Shown one piece after another: positions 1-9,140 of a stretch of DNA of 34,021 nucleotides. Position 1 is the stretch's first letter. Each line of letters opens with the position of its first letter. The position numbers were made by a program, and so were the translations under genes. Under the pieces are notes generated by a model. It saw only the letters and a program-made list of their open reading frames with translations, made no database searches and was not told the origin of the DNA. The stretch is from an uncultured Lentisphaera sp. (GTDB lineage: Bacteria > Verrucomicrobiota > Lentisphaeria > Victivallales > GWF2-50-93): NCBI GenBank assembly GCA_964638335.1, contig CAZXAC010000001.1, positions 1 to 34,021 of the forward strand, given 5' to 3'.

Positions 1-1
1 C

Positions 2-160
<159 letters not shown>

Positions 161-163
161 ACA

Positions 164-604
164 ATGCAAAATCCCTTGATAGCTCTGTTAATGGCGGCTG
201 ATGTATTTATAGCGCTGATAATTATTGCGCTCGTTCTTGTTCAACAGTCAAAGGAGGGTGCTTTTGGTTCTCCTTTTGGAGGGGTGGGAGAATCTGTCTT
301 CGGAGCTCACGCCACTGGACACCTGACTAAGCTGACGGTAGTGTTTTCGATACTATTCCTATGTATAACTCTTGCCCTTGCAATAATCATAGGTCACAGG
401 GCGCAGCCGGTGGGTATTGTTGACAGGGAGCTTGCGATAACCGAATCCGAATCAAAGGAAAAAAAGCTTGATACTGTAAAGACCACAGAAAAACCTGCAT
501 CTGAAATACCTGCTTCCGTTGAAAAGACTTCCGAAGAGGCAAAGGGTTTGTCCTCTGATGGGAAAGATCTGAAAATACCGGAAGACTCAACTGAAGAGAA
601 GTGA
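164..604 (+). CDS. secG: preprotein translocase subunit SecG with a long low-complexity C-terminal tail
   Basis: 146-aa ORF. The first ~77 aa form two hydrophobic helices flanking a Gly-rich loop (LVLVQQSKEGAFGSPFGGVGESVFGA), as in SecG. The position directly after tpiA supports the call. Residues ~80-146 are an acidic/Ser/Lys-rich tail. Confidence 0.8.
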   Translation: MQNPLIALLMAADVFIALIIIALVLVQQSKEGAFGSPFGGVGESVFGAHATGHLTKLTVVFSILFLCITLALAIIIGHRAQPVGIVDRELAITESESKEKKLDTVKTTEKPASEIPASVEKTSEEAKGLSSDGKDLKIPEDSTEEK

Positions 605-750
605 TCCCTCTGACGGATCCTTGTGAGCTTTCGCCTGGGTTCTACACGAATTGTCCTCCAGTATTGAGCAATCTCAGCTTTTGAATGCTTGATTTTTGAC
701 TGGCAAATGCGATATTCTACCCGTCAATACAAATTCAAAAATAGAGATAA

Positions 751-1704
751 ATGGGGTTTATCATGAAAGAATGCCTTCAAAAGACTTGCTCTATGAATAT
801 TGGAGATCCGAAACTTGATTCAATAGTATCCGATATATGCGCAACGTATTCAGATGCCAAGGGCATAAACCACATAGAAGGGTTCAATCTGCCAAGCGAG
901 AGCGAAGTCATAAATATATTGAATGACCTCATCGAAATAGTTTTTCCAGGATACGCCGGTAAAAAGGCGCTCAGCGTAAGAAACATAAAATATTTTGTCG
1001 GAGAGACCATCACGAGGGCTTATGCCCAGCTTTCAGACCAAATTGGAAGGGCTATGCGCTATAACTGCAGCCGGAACAATTGTGATGATTGTGATGTTCC
1101 TAAGCTTTCTGCAGAGGCTACGATGGGGCTCTTGAAATCTCTGGCTGGCGTGCGCGAACTCATGAAGCTCGACGTACAGGCTGCATACGACGGGGATCCA
1201 GCCGCCAAAAGCCTTGATGAAATTGCTCTAAGTTATCCCGGCTTGAAAGCGATAACCATACACAGAATAGCTCATGAACTTTTTATCCGAGATGTTCCGC
1301 TCATCCCTAGGCTCATGGGAGAATATTCGCATAGAATCACCGGAATAGACATACATCCTGGGGCGAAAATAGGAAAAAGCTTCTTCATAGATCACGGAAC
1401 GGGAGTCGTGATAGGGGAAACGGCGGTAATTGGGAATAGCGTCAAGATTTATCAGGGGGTAACTCTCGGGGCTCTGAGTTTTCCGAAGGATGCCAGCGGC
1501 AATATAATAAAAGGGAAAAAGAGGCACCCATCAATAGAAGATGACGTTACCATTTATTCCGGTGCGACCATACTTGGAGATATTGTAGTTGGCAAAGGCT
1601 CAGTGATAGGAGGTAATGTATGGCTTACGGAAGCTGTTCCTCCGGGTACAAAAATAACGGCCACGATGCCTGAGCTCAAGATAAGAAAGCCTTCCACAAA
1701 ATAA
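751..1704 (+). CDS. cysE: serine O-acetyltransferase (long form with N-terminal SATase helical domain)
   Basis: DPAAKSLDEIALSYPGLKAITIHRIAHELF followed by the hexapeptide-repeat block GIDIHPGAKIGKSFFIDHGTGVVIGETAVIGNSVKIYQGVTLGA. Alternative start at ATG 763 (MKECLQ). Confidence 0.88.
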   Translation: MGFIMKECLQKTCSMNIGDPKLDSIVSDICATYSDAKGINHIEGFNLPSESEVINILNDLIEIVFPGYAGKKALSVRNIKYFVGETITRAYAQLSDQIGRAMRYNCSRNNCDDCDVPKLSAEATMGLLKSLAGVRELMKLDVQAAYDGDPAAKSLDEIALSYPGLKAITIHRIAHELFIRDVPLIPRLMGEYSHRITGIDIHPGAKIGKSFFIDHGTGVVIGETAVIGNSVKIYQGVTLGALSFPKDASGNIIKGKKRHPSIEDDVTIYSGATILGDIVVGKGSVIGGNVWLTEAVPPGTKITATMPELKIRKPSTK

Positions 1705-1761
1705 AATAAGCGTTCTTTCTGGAAATGTGCCCATCTCTTTCCTTTTTTTTCCGGGTTTAGC

Positions 1762-1770
1762 TGTTATAAT
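1762..1770 (+). promoter_or_regulatory. candidate extended -10 promoter element (TGTTATAAT) upstream of the solute-binding-protein gene
   Basis: Sequence tgt-TATAAT at 1762-1770, about 45-55 nt upstream of the GGAGGA SD (1807-1812). No good -35 hexamer seen. Sequence match only. Confidence 0.35.
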
Positions 1771-1815
1771 ATCCGTCTGTCCAACTTGTGATTTTTACTT
1801 TTCATCGGAGGATCA

Positions 1816-3675
1816 TTGTTCGGTATGGGTAGGAATGCGTATCAAAATATTATTCTCTCCGTCTTCTTTGTAGTCTTTGCGATATTCGCACTTGTCCAGA
1901 TAAGAAATGTGGATTTGATGAGGCTCAGACTGGAGAAACTTGCGGAAGAGCTTAAGACAATTGAAGGAAAAATCAGCAACCTCCAAACGGGAACAGTAAT
2001 CTCAAATGCCACTTCGCCTGGATTGGAGAAAAAGTCCTCTGCGAAAATCGCAAACGTCGAATTCTATGACGCTAATGCCGTTGCCGGCGGCAAGATAACG
2101 AGCGCAGTATCGTCGGAAACTAAAAACATGAACAGCCTTGTAAACAACGAAGCATTTGTTTCCACTGTATATTCCTATGCGATGGATGCTCTCACTGAAA
2201 GAAATCTTGAAAAACCTGAAGTTTTTGAGCCTAAAATTGCGGAGAATTGGGAATTATCAGAAGATAAGCTGACTTATACAGTCAGGATAAGGAAAGGGGT
2301 AATCTGGCATGATTTTAAGGATCCAGTCAGCGGAAAAGAGTGGAAAGATGTCGAAGTTACAGCTGATGATTTCGCATTTTACGTCGAGGTTGTAAAGAAC
2401 GAGGATGCTGACTGCGCTCCGCTAAGGAGCTACCTTCAGGATCTCGACAGGATAGAGGTGATAGATAAATACTCATTCAAGGTAGTATGGCGGAAAAAAT
2501 ATTTTCTTTCGGAATCGATAACCCTTGGTCTAGAACCTTTGCCCCGACATCTTTATCACGACTATGAAGGACCATTTGATGGTAAAAAGTTTAATGAAGA
2601 TCACGAAAGGAACAGAATAATAGTCGGATGTGGTCCGTATCGCTTTGATCGCTGGGAAAAAGGTCAAAGGGTGGTAATGAAAAAATGGGGGAAATATTAT
2701 GGAAAGGAATATGGTGTGATGCCACCATTGGACGAGATCGTATTTGAAGTCATAAAGCATCCAAACACCCAACTTCAGGCTCTTAAATCGGGTAAGATAG
2801 ACAGAATGGGGTTCACTCCGGATCAATGGGTCAACAACACCGGAGGTCCGGAATTCGAAGAAAATTCTGATTTGTTGAAGAAATATAAATATCCCTCAAG
2901 GTCATACAGCTACATCGGGTATAACCTCCGCATGCCTCTATTCTCCGACAAGCGCGTGAGAAGAGCCCTCACGCACCTTATTGACAGGGAAAGAATATTG
3001 AAGGAAATATATAACGGGCTTGGCAGGATATGTTCGGGACCGTTTTTTATAGACTCTCCGTATTACGACAGCAAAATCGTTCCTTACGAATTTTCTCCTT
3101 CCAAGGCAAAATCTCTTTTGGGGGAGGCTGGATGGAAGGACAGCAATGGAGACGGAATCTTGGACAAGGACGGAAAGAAATTCGAGTTCACGATACTATC
3201 TGTGGCGGATCATCCCATTCAGATGAAAATGCTGCCGTTGATAAAAGAGGATATGGCTTCCGCTGGAATCGTTATGAAAATATCTCCAGTGGAATGGTCA
3301 GTGTATGTTCAAAGGCTGGAGAATAAAAATTTTGAGGTTTGTGTTCTTGGATGGGCGATGGGTTTCGAAAGCGATCCATATCAGATATGGCACTCTTCGG
3401 AGTCGGAAAAAGCTGCTTCGAGTAATCATTGCGGATTCGTAAATCCAGAAGCTGATGAGCTTATAATGAAAATAAGGGATTGCTTTGACCTTGACGAGAG
3501 AATAGCTCTTTGCCACAGATTTCATAGGTTGCTTCACGATGAGCAGCCATATACTTTTCTCATAACGCCGTTCAGTCTGCTTGGGCAAAGCGCCAGATAT
3601 CGCAACGTCAGGGTATTTTCAAGTGGGATTGAGACTAGGACAATTTGGGACGGCAAACAGATGCGGAGTCAGTGA
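1816..3675 (+). CDS. ABC-transporter substrate-binding protein, family 5 (OppA/DppA/NikA-like), membrane-anchored
   Basis: 619 aa. N-terminal hydrophobic anchor ILSVFFVVFAIFALVQI. Family-5 SBP-like stretches: GCGPYRFDRWEKGQRVVMKKW, YIGYNLRMPLFSDKRVRRALTHLIDRERI, LLGEAGWKDSNGDGILDKDGKKFEF. Start is TTG 1816 or ATG 1825, after GGAGGA at 1807-1812. Confidence 0.82.
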   Translation: MFGMGRNAYQNIILSVFFVVFAIFALVQIRNVDLMRLRLEKLAEELKTIEGKISNLQTGTVISNATSPGLEKKSSAKIANVEFYDANAVAGGKITSAVSSETKNMNSLVNNEAFVSTVYSYAMDALTERNLEKPEVFEPKIAENWELSEDKLTYTVRIRKGVIWHDFKDPVSGKEWKDVEVTADDFAFYVEVVKNEDADCAPLRSYLQDLDRIEVIDKYSFKVVWRKKYFLSESITLGLEPLPRHLYHDYEGPFDGKKFNEDHERNRIIVGCGPYRFDRWEKGQRVVMKKWGKYYGKEYGVMPPLDEIVFEVIKHPNTQLQALKSGKIDRMGFTPDQWVNNTGGPEFEENSDLLKKYKYPSRSYSYIGYNLRMPLFSDKRVRRALTHLIDRERILKEIYNGLGRICSGPFFIDSPYYDSKIVPYEFSPSKAKSLLGEAGWKDSNGDGILDKDGKKFEFTILSVADHPIQMKMLPLIKEDMASAGIVMKISPVEWSVYVQRLENKNFEVCVLGWAMGFESDPYQIWHSSESEKAASSNHCGFVNPEADELIMKIRDCFDLDERIALCHRFHRLLHDEQPYTFLITPFSLLGQSARYRNVRVFSSGIETRTIWDGKQMRSQ

Positions 3676-3676
3676 A

Positions 3677-4423
3677 ATGGTTGAGAACTATAAAAATCAA
3701 AAATCATGTCTTGGGGCATTTTTCTTTCCGGGTTGGGCGATGCCGTCGGACAAGAATCTCGCAAGACGTCTTTTGCCGGAGATAATTTCACCTTTAGAAC
3801 TCTGCGATTATGGTTTTTTTGCCGGATCCGGTAAGTTTGACTTCACAAATGCCGAATCAGAGATTGAGAAATTGGCCGGGCACAGGCACGAGGTGGCTGT
3901 GGGCTATTCTCTTGGATCTCAGTTTGCTCTGCGCATGGCTCTGGACAAACGGAATAAAAACTTGAAGGCTCTTATAATAATATCGGGATTTGCGAAATTC
4001 GCGGAATCTGAAGATAATCCGAGCGGACAGAAAAGGTCTGGGATAAAAACCATGCTTACGGGCATGCGGGTTCACCCTTCAAAAGTGCTAAGGGAATTCT
4101 ACAGACTCAGCTTTGGCGCGGCGAAGCAGATGATGGATTCCGATTCTCCGATTCCAAATCCTTCGACAATGATTGATGGGTTGAAATATCTTCTTGATTG
4201 CGATATTTCCGACGAGGTTGGGGCGATAAAGGTTCCTACCTTGATAATTGCCGGAGAGGATGATGTAATAGTAAAGCCATCTCTTTCAAGGAGTTTGTCG
4301 GAAATGATCTCCGGGAGTGTTTTTGTTGTAATCCCGAAGGTTGGACATTCTCTGCCTTTCAGCAAGACGGACGAGATAAGGAAGACTATAAATGAGTTCA
4401 TGCGCGAAAAAAATATATTCTGA
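3677..4423 (+). CDS. alpha/beta-fold hydrolase, BioH-like (putative pimeloyl-ACP methyl ester esterase)
   Basis: Nucleophile elbow VGYSLGSQFALRMA (GxSxG). C-terminal IKVPTLIIAGEDDVIV ... PKVGHSLPF (Asp/His region). Overlaps and precedes a BioC-like methyltransferase. I place the start at ATG 3677 (MVENYK), 1 nt after the upstream stop. The ORF-track start at 3581 overlaps the SBP gene and is unlikely. Confidence 0.55.
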   Translation: MVENYKNQKSCLGAFFFPGWAMPSDKNLARRLLPEIISPLELCDYGFFAGSGKFDFTNAESEIEKLAGHRHEVAVGYSLGSQFALRMALDKRNKNLKALIIISGFAKFAESEDNPSGQKRSGIKTMLTGMRVHPSKVLREFYRLSFGAAKQMMDSDSPIPNPSTMIDGLKYLLDCDISDEVGAIKVPTLIIAGEDDVIVKPSLSRSLSEMISGSVFVVIPKVGHSLPFSKTDEIRKTINEFMREKNIF

Positions 4424-5192
4424 CAAAGTTGGGAAAAACTTTTCCCAGGCTGCTTTCTCTTATGAGCGAGCCGCGTTTGTCCAGCGTTCCGCGGCGGAAA
4501 GGCTTGCGGATTTCATTTCGCAAAATATTCCTAGCGACTTTCATCCACGTCTTGTAATGGAGCTTGGTGCTGGCACCGGGTTTATGACCAGGAAAATAAT
4601 TCTGCGTTTTACTGGAGCGAAGTTTCTCATCACCGACATATCAGATGATATGTTGGGAATATGCAGGAGAAAAATTTTTGCGATGACTGGGAAAAAGGAG
4701 GCTTGGAGGATTGAATTTGAACTGCTCGATTTTAACACGGATTTTGAAATACAGCCGGACTGCGATCTGATGGTCTCAGGATTTTCATTTCAGTGGGCGG
4801 ATGACATTAGCAATCTAATGGGTAGAATTTACGAAAAACTTCCCAAGGGAGCGATCCTCGCTTTCAGCATGCTACAGGATGGCTCGCTTAGGCAGTTAAG
4901 AGATCTTTTCGCGAAGCTTGGTATAGAATATCCAGTTCCGAAGCATCCTTCAATGAGCGAAATTCGCAAGTTTTGTGGTGATTTTTCAATCATTAAAACG
5001 GAAGAATACAGCGTTACCAGCTCTCACTCGAGTCTACGGGCATTTCTCCAAGCATTAAAGAATGTGGGAGCGATCAATCCTGGACTTTCAAAAATTCAGC
5101 CCAGCAAGCTGAAGAAAATCATCTCCGAAGCACAAAAAGGAGAATTCAAGGCCACCTACGAAATCGTAAACATGATGTGCAGGAAAAGATAA
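4392..5192 (+). CDS. bioC: SAM-dependent methyltransferase, BioC-like (malonyl-ACP O-methyltransferase)
   Basis: N-terminal FSQAAFSYERAAFVQRSAAERL matches the BioC pattern F..AA..Y...A..Q. SAM motif I is ELGAGTGFMT. Also present: FSFQWADDIS ... LPKGAILAFSMLQDGSLRQL and LRAFLQALKNVGA. Overlaps the upstream esterase gene by 32 nt. Confidence 0.68.
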   Translation: MSSCAKKIYSDKVGKNFSQAAFSYERAAFVQRSAAERLADFISQNIPSDFHPRLVMELGAGTGFMTRKIILRFTGAKFLITDISDDMLGICRRKIFAMTGKKEAWRIEFELLDFNTDFEIQPDCDLMVSGFSFQWADDISNLMGRIYEKLPKGAILAFSMLQDGSLRQLRDLFAKLGIEYPVPKHPSMSEIRKFCGDFSIIKTEEYSVTSSHSSLRAFLQALKNVGAINPGLSKIQPSKLKKIISEAQKGEFKATYEIVNMMCRKR

Positions 5193-5223
5193 TCACATGC
5201 TTTGCGATTCAATTGGCAGGTAT

Positions 5224-6834
5224 TTAATCGCCCTTCACCTTTGGAGCGTAATAGTACATTGGAGGAGTGGGTGGATTCTGCGCGGCGTATGGTGGATCCT
5301 CAATGCATAATTGCCTGCTCATATTGAACATTTCGTCCTCCGTCCTTTTTCTATTGATCGGGTCATAAGCGGGGACATAGTTTTCTAAGATCCAAATGAT
5401 GAGAGGGTGATTTTGGGAATACTTCCTTGGAAGTACTATCAGAGCAGGCGGCGAGGCTTTAAATTCTTTGATTGTTTTCTCGGTCAATTCATCTTTTTTT
5501 TCTCCGAACAGAAAAGGAGCGTTGAAGAATCTTCCGGATCCGGGGCGTCTTTGGGCGTAGAAGTAGAGACTGGCCTCATAGCCCCATTGGAAGAAAGTTT
5601 CGTCCTCTTTCAATTTTTCCCCGATCTCAAGTCCGATTTGGCGGCAGTATATGAATATGGGACCATATTTTTTGTGCGACCACCAATCAGGAGGCATGGA
5701 ATATTTGGGGATTTGAATGATTGCGATGGAGCTAAAGATAAGCACTGCGAAGATCAATGTTATTTTTCCTGTCTCCCGCATCTTATCTTTCGCATTTGAA
5801 GATTCTAATATTCTCATTTCCGAAATCGCCCAGCCAGCTCCGATGCATATTGAAGGAATTAGGAGCTGGTAGTAGTGAGGATAGAATTTCCATGGCAAGA
5901 TTATCATAAGTGGAGCGGACAAGAAAAAGGCCAGCCATTCGAGCCAAGTTTTCCTATCCGAACGCATTCCAATGATAAAACCTGCGAAACTCGCAAGAAT
6001 AAGAGGCAAAATTGTCCAGGCGCTTTTGATAAAAAGTACATGGAAATTTTTGTACACGAATATAATTTTTCTCGCTGTAGAAATTTGTTCCGAGTCGACT
6101 CCAATGTAATAGAAAGGGTATTTGAAATTCATGTATGCGAAATCATTGAGGCCGCCGACGTAGAAAAAGTATATGAAAAGCGGCAACCAGCAGCAGAGGA
6201 CTCCGGCAAGGGATATGAACAGTCCAGTAAGAGTTCTCGCACGTGGCTTTTCCCCCGAAACGAGACCCGGAATGAACATCATCAGGAGTGGAACTATGGC
6301 AAATTGCTTATATATGCTGGCGATGCCGTAGGAAATACCCGCAAGTAAAAAGAAACGTATCCGCAAGTATCGCAAGGAAAGTATCGTAAAGTAAAATCCC
6401 CAGGACAGGGCGGCGTTTATGAAAAGTTCTGAATTTGGCTGATTTGCTTGCGTAAGTATGTCTCCGGATACAAGCACCCATAGAGTCGCCGAAAGAAGTC
6501 CGACTCGTGTTGACCCGGAGCAGGCTTTTGCGGAAAAAAATATTCCAAACATAACGAAAGAGGCTCCTGCCACGTTCAGAAAGTATATTTGAAATTCCCC
6601 GAATCCGGCGATGAGTTGACCCAAAACGTAGGTCAGGAATATTCCGGGTGGTTTGGTGTCCCATACATCCTTATATAGGATTTTGCCATGAATGATTTCA
6701 TTGGCTGCGACTGCGTATATCCCGATGTCCCTGTCTATAGGTTCGTGATAAGTTCGCAGACGCATGAGGGCAATAAGGGATAGCAGTCCCAGTAGCGTAG
6801 CGATTGCGTATAGATTTTTATTCTTTTTGAACAT
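5224..6834 (-). CDS. polytopic membrane glycosyltransferase, GT39/GT83 (ArnT/PMT)-like
   Basis: 536 aa with many predicted TM helices. First-loop motif EPIDRDIGIYAVAANEIIHGKILYKDVWDTKPPGIFL resembles the acidic loop plus KPP motif of ArnT/PMT-type GT-C enzymes. The C-terminal ~130 aa are soluble. Confidence 0.6.
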   Translation of the reverse strand: MFKKNKNLYAIATLLGLLSLIALMRLRTYHEPIDRDIGIYAVAANEIIHGKILYKDVWDTKPPGIFLTYVLGQLIAGFGEFQIYFLNVAGASFVMFGIFFSAKACSGSTRVGLLSATLWVLVSGDILTQANQPNSELFINAALSWGFYFTILSLRYLRIRFFLLAGISYGIASIYKQFAIVPLLMMFIPGLVSGEKPRARTLTGLFISLAGVLCCWLPLFIYFFYVGGLNDFAYMNFKYPFYYIGVDSEQISTARKIIFVYKNFHVLFIKSAWTILPLILASFAGFIIGMRSDRKTWLEWLAFFLSAPLMIILPWKFYPHYYQLLIPSICIGAGWAISEMRILESSNAKDKMRETGKITLIFAVLIFSSIAIIQIPKYSMPPDWWSHKKYGPIFIYCRQIGLEIGEKLKEDETFFQWGYEASLYFYAQRRPGSGRFFNAPFLFGEKKDELTEKTIKEFKASPPALIVLPRKYSQNHPLIIWILENYVPAYDPINRKRTEDEMFNMSRQLCIEDPPYAAQNPPTPPMYYYAPKVKGD

Positions 6835-7006
6835 TTTCTTGAATTAATGAATTAAGGTATTATTGTTGGGTTAGTAATTCAAGTCTTGGCTGGCATCTGC
6901 GTGGAAGCAAAACGGATTTGATAAAAGAAAAAGTACGGATAAATTGAAGAAGCTCGAGACGAGTTTGCGCGTGTTTTTAACTAGAATTATTCTTTGGAGG
7001 AATGAA

Positions 7007-7513
7007 ATGGGAAAGAAAATTGCCATACTGATGGGAAGTAAAAGCGATATGCCGCTTCTGCTAAGCGCTTTTGATACATTGAAGGATTTTGGGGTGGAAT
7101 TTGAGGCTAGGATTCTTTCCGCTCATAGGACGCCGGAAGAGGCGGCAAGTTTCGCGAAGGGTGCTGAAAAAAAAGGGATAAAGGTTTTTATATGCGCGGC
7201 GGGGATGGCGGCTCATCTTGCTGGTGTGATAGCATCTTTCACAACGATTCCTGTGATAGGAATTCCCATCGCATCGGAGCCTTTTAATGGCATAGATTCT
7301 CTGCTTTCAATGGTGCAAATGCCTCCAGGGATTCCTGTTGCTGTTGTAAGCGCAGGAAAAGCCGGAGCGCAGAATGCCGCTTTGATGGCAATATCAATTC
7401 TGGCATTGTCAGATCAGGACCTTTCTATTAAACTAAAGAACTACAGGGAAAAACAGAAAAACAAGGTTCTCTCTGCGGATAAAGAGCTTTCAATAGAACT
7501 GGAGAGTAAATGA
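7007..7513 (+). CDS. purE: 5-(carboxyamino)imidazole ribonucleotide mutase
   Basis: KIAILMGSKSDMPLL ... ARILSAHRTPEEA ... FICAAGMAAHLAGVIASFTTIPVIGIPI are canonical PurE motifs. Start taken at ATG 7007, 6 nt after GGAGG (6996-7000). The ORF-track start at 6944 adds a non-homologous leader. Confidence 0.9.
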   Translation: MGKKIAILMGSKSDMPLLLSAFDTLKDFGVEFEARILSAHRTPEEAASFAKGAEKKGIKVFICAAGMAAHLAGVIASFTTIPVIGIPIASEPFNGIDSLLSMVQMPPGIPVAVVSAGKAGAQNAALMAISILALSDQDLSIKLKNYREKQKNKVLSADKELSIELESK

Positions 7514-8526
7514 ACCCAAAATCGCGTATTTTATTTCTTGCGGTTTTAATTATTCTGTTTCAAGTAGTTGAGGGGCAGGATAATTCTTCCGTTGCTGCGG
7601 GTGTTCAGGTGAGCGATACTGTTTCATCCGCCGGACCTGACTTGGATAAGAAATTGAATGATGGACTTTCCGCAGGTAAGGTCTCAGATATAAAGCCAGA
7701 AGAGCCGTCTGTTTCGGACCAGCTATCCAAAAAGCTCTCCGAGATAATCTCAGAAATAGAAAAGTTCTGTCCCCAATTTATAGATAGGAAGCAGGAATTC
7801 TACTCCAATGGGATAAGAGGTTTTCTAGAGGAAGTAAGCCCAGAGCTTGATTATGTTCCCGATGAAAAGGATATCCCTAAAAGCAGTGAAGTGATAAGGC
7901 CTGAATTTCATAGACCTCTTATATTCTCATCGCATAAGATATTGTACATTAGGATTGATGGGTTTTCTGAAGAAAATTTTAAAAAGCTGAAGAGCGAGCT
8001 TTCTGACATATCAAGGCTTGCCAACCCTCCAGTAGGCGTCGCGATTGATCTTCGTTCATCGTCGGGAAACAATGGAATGGTATCTGCAGAATATGCATCT
8101 TTATTTTCTGATGATACTTCTGTTTCCTTTGTTAAAAATGAGGATAGGGGGATAATCAAACTTCCCCTGATGATACTAATAGGATCGAAGACATCCGGAG
8201 ATGCGGAGATATTTGCAGCCCTCATAATGAAATCTGGCAAGGCCTTACTGGTCGGAGAGAAAAGCGTTGGAGCTCCGTTTGCCAGGTTCCCGATAAAATT
8301 GAATAACGGCGGAATCCTGTTGGTGCCGGATATTCCCACAGACCTCGCATGGCTCAGACCTTCTCCTCTTCAGCCATCTATAAACATCAGGGCGTATCCG
8401 CAAGTTGAATATTCAATGATAAGCGGGTCGATTGGATCCGAAGAATCAGATGAATGTATAAGGCGCGTATCGGATTTGCTGGTGTCTCTTGATGCAATAC
8501 AAAAGGATAAAGAAAAGAAGAAATGA
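7510..8526 (+). CDS. secreted S41 (C-terminal processing peptidase)-like protein, possibly non-catalytic
   Basis: Signal peptide MNPKSRILFLAVLIILFQVVEG. S41-like core: ILYIRIDGFSEENFKKL ... GVAIDLRSSSGNNG ... LMILIGSKTSGDAEIFAALIMKSGKALLVGEKSVGAPF. No PDZ-like segment recognised. ATGA overlap with the purE stop. Confidence 0.55.
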   Translation: MNPKSRILFLAVLIILFQVVEGQDNSSVAAGVQVSDTVSSAGPDLDKKLNDGLSAGKVSDIKPEEPSVSDQLSKKLSEIISEIEKFCPQFIDRKQEFYSNGIRGFLEEVSPELDYVPDEKDIPKSSEVIRPEFHRPLIFSSHKILYIRIDGFSEENFKKLKSELSDISRLANPPVGVAIDLRSSSGNNGMVSAEYASLFSDDTSVSFVKNEDRGIIKLPLMILIGSKTSGDAEIFAALIMKSGKALLVGEKSVGAPFARFPIKLNNGGILLVPDIPTDLAWLRPSPLQPSINIRAYPQVEYSMISGSIGSEESDECIRRVSDLLVSLDAIQKDKEKKK

Positions 8527-9140
8527 CCGGCATAAAGTTTTTCTCACTGTCTGCAGATTCCACGCAGGTTTCAAACATTGCTGGGGAATGCGCTGCGTTG
8601 CTCAAAATAGATTCATGCGTAGGATTGATTCCAACTGAGACAGTGTATGGTCTTGTGTGTCGCTGGAACGATCAGAATGCTTACGAAAAAATATGGAAAA
8701 TCAAGAAAAGACCGAAAGATAAGAAGTTTCAGATGCTTGCCCTTTCTGTCGCTGATGCGGAAAAATTTGGTTTTGTTCCGGACGTTAGGGCGAGAAATCT
8801 TCTTGACAGTTTCTCTCCCGGTCCTCTGACTGTAATATCGCGTTCTTCTTTTGGTGGTAGCATAGGTCTTCGTATTCCATCAAACGCCTTTTCCAGAGCT
8901 GTCCTGTCGGGAATCCGATGTCCACTTGCGGCGACGAGCGCAAATATTTCAGGAGCTAAAGATTTTTCTGGGTTTGGCCCCATATTAAGTTCTCTTGCTG
9001 GGACTCCTGATTTCGCCGTCGACGCCGGGCTTGTTGATGGATGCCCTTCAACGGTAGTTGATTTGAGCGGCAGTGAAATAAGAATACTTAGGCATGGCAA
9101 GATAAGCGAGAAAATGATACTAGAGGCTATTTCAAAATGA
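8523..9140 (+). CDS. tsaC: L-threonylcarbamoyladenylate synthase (YrdC/Sua5 family, short form)
   Basis: GLIPTETVYGLVC ... IWKIKKRPKDKKFQMLA ... PGPLTVI ... GLRIPSN ... PLAATSANISG are canonical YrdC-domain motifs. ATGA overlaps at both ends. Confidence 0.85.
   Translation: MTGIKFFSLSADSTQVSNIAGECAALLKIDSCVGLIPTETVYGLVCRWNDQNAYEKIWKIKKRPKDKKFQMLALSVADAEKFGFVPDVRARNLLDSFSPGPLTVISRSSFGGSIGLRIPSNAFSRAVLSGIRCPLAATSANISGAKDFSGFGPILSSLAGTPDFAVDAGLVDGCPSTVVDLSGSEIRILRHGKISEKMILEAISK

Noticed and set aside
603-619. GATCC-N7-GGATC hairpin right after the secG stop, considered as a terminator. Also TTGATT-N18-TATTCT (~690-719), considered as a cysE promoter.
   Set aside because: The stem is only 5 bp and has no clear U-run. 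The promoter hexamers are weak matches with a suboptimal spacer. Neither can be supported from sequence alone.
3581-3676. ORF-track N-terminal extensions: 3581 (esterase), 6944 (purE), 10949 (micro-ORF), 28325 (LamG-like 2), 29286 (sulfatase) and 34021 (last ORF 'M').
   Set aside because: Each extension overlaps the preceding gene or a promoter and adds non-homologous residues. In each case a downstream ATG has a better SD and a family-typical N-terminus. The 34021 'start' is an internal GTG of a gene truncated by the window edge.
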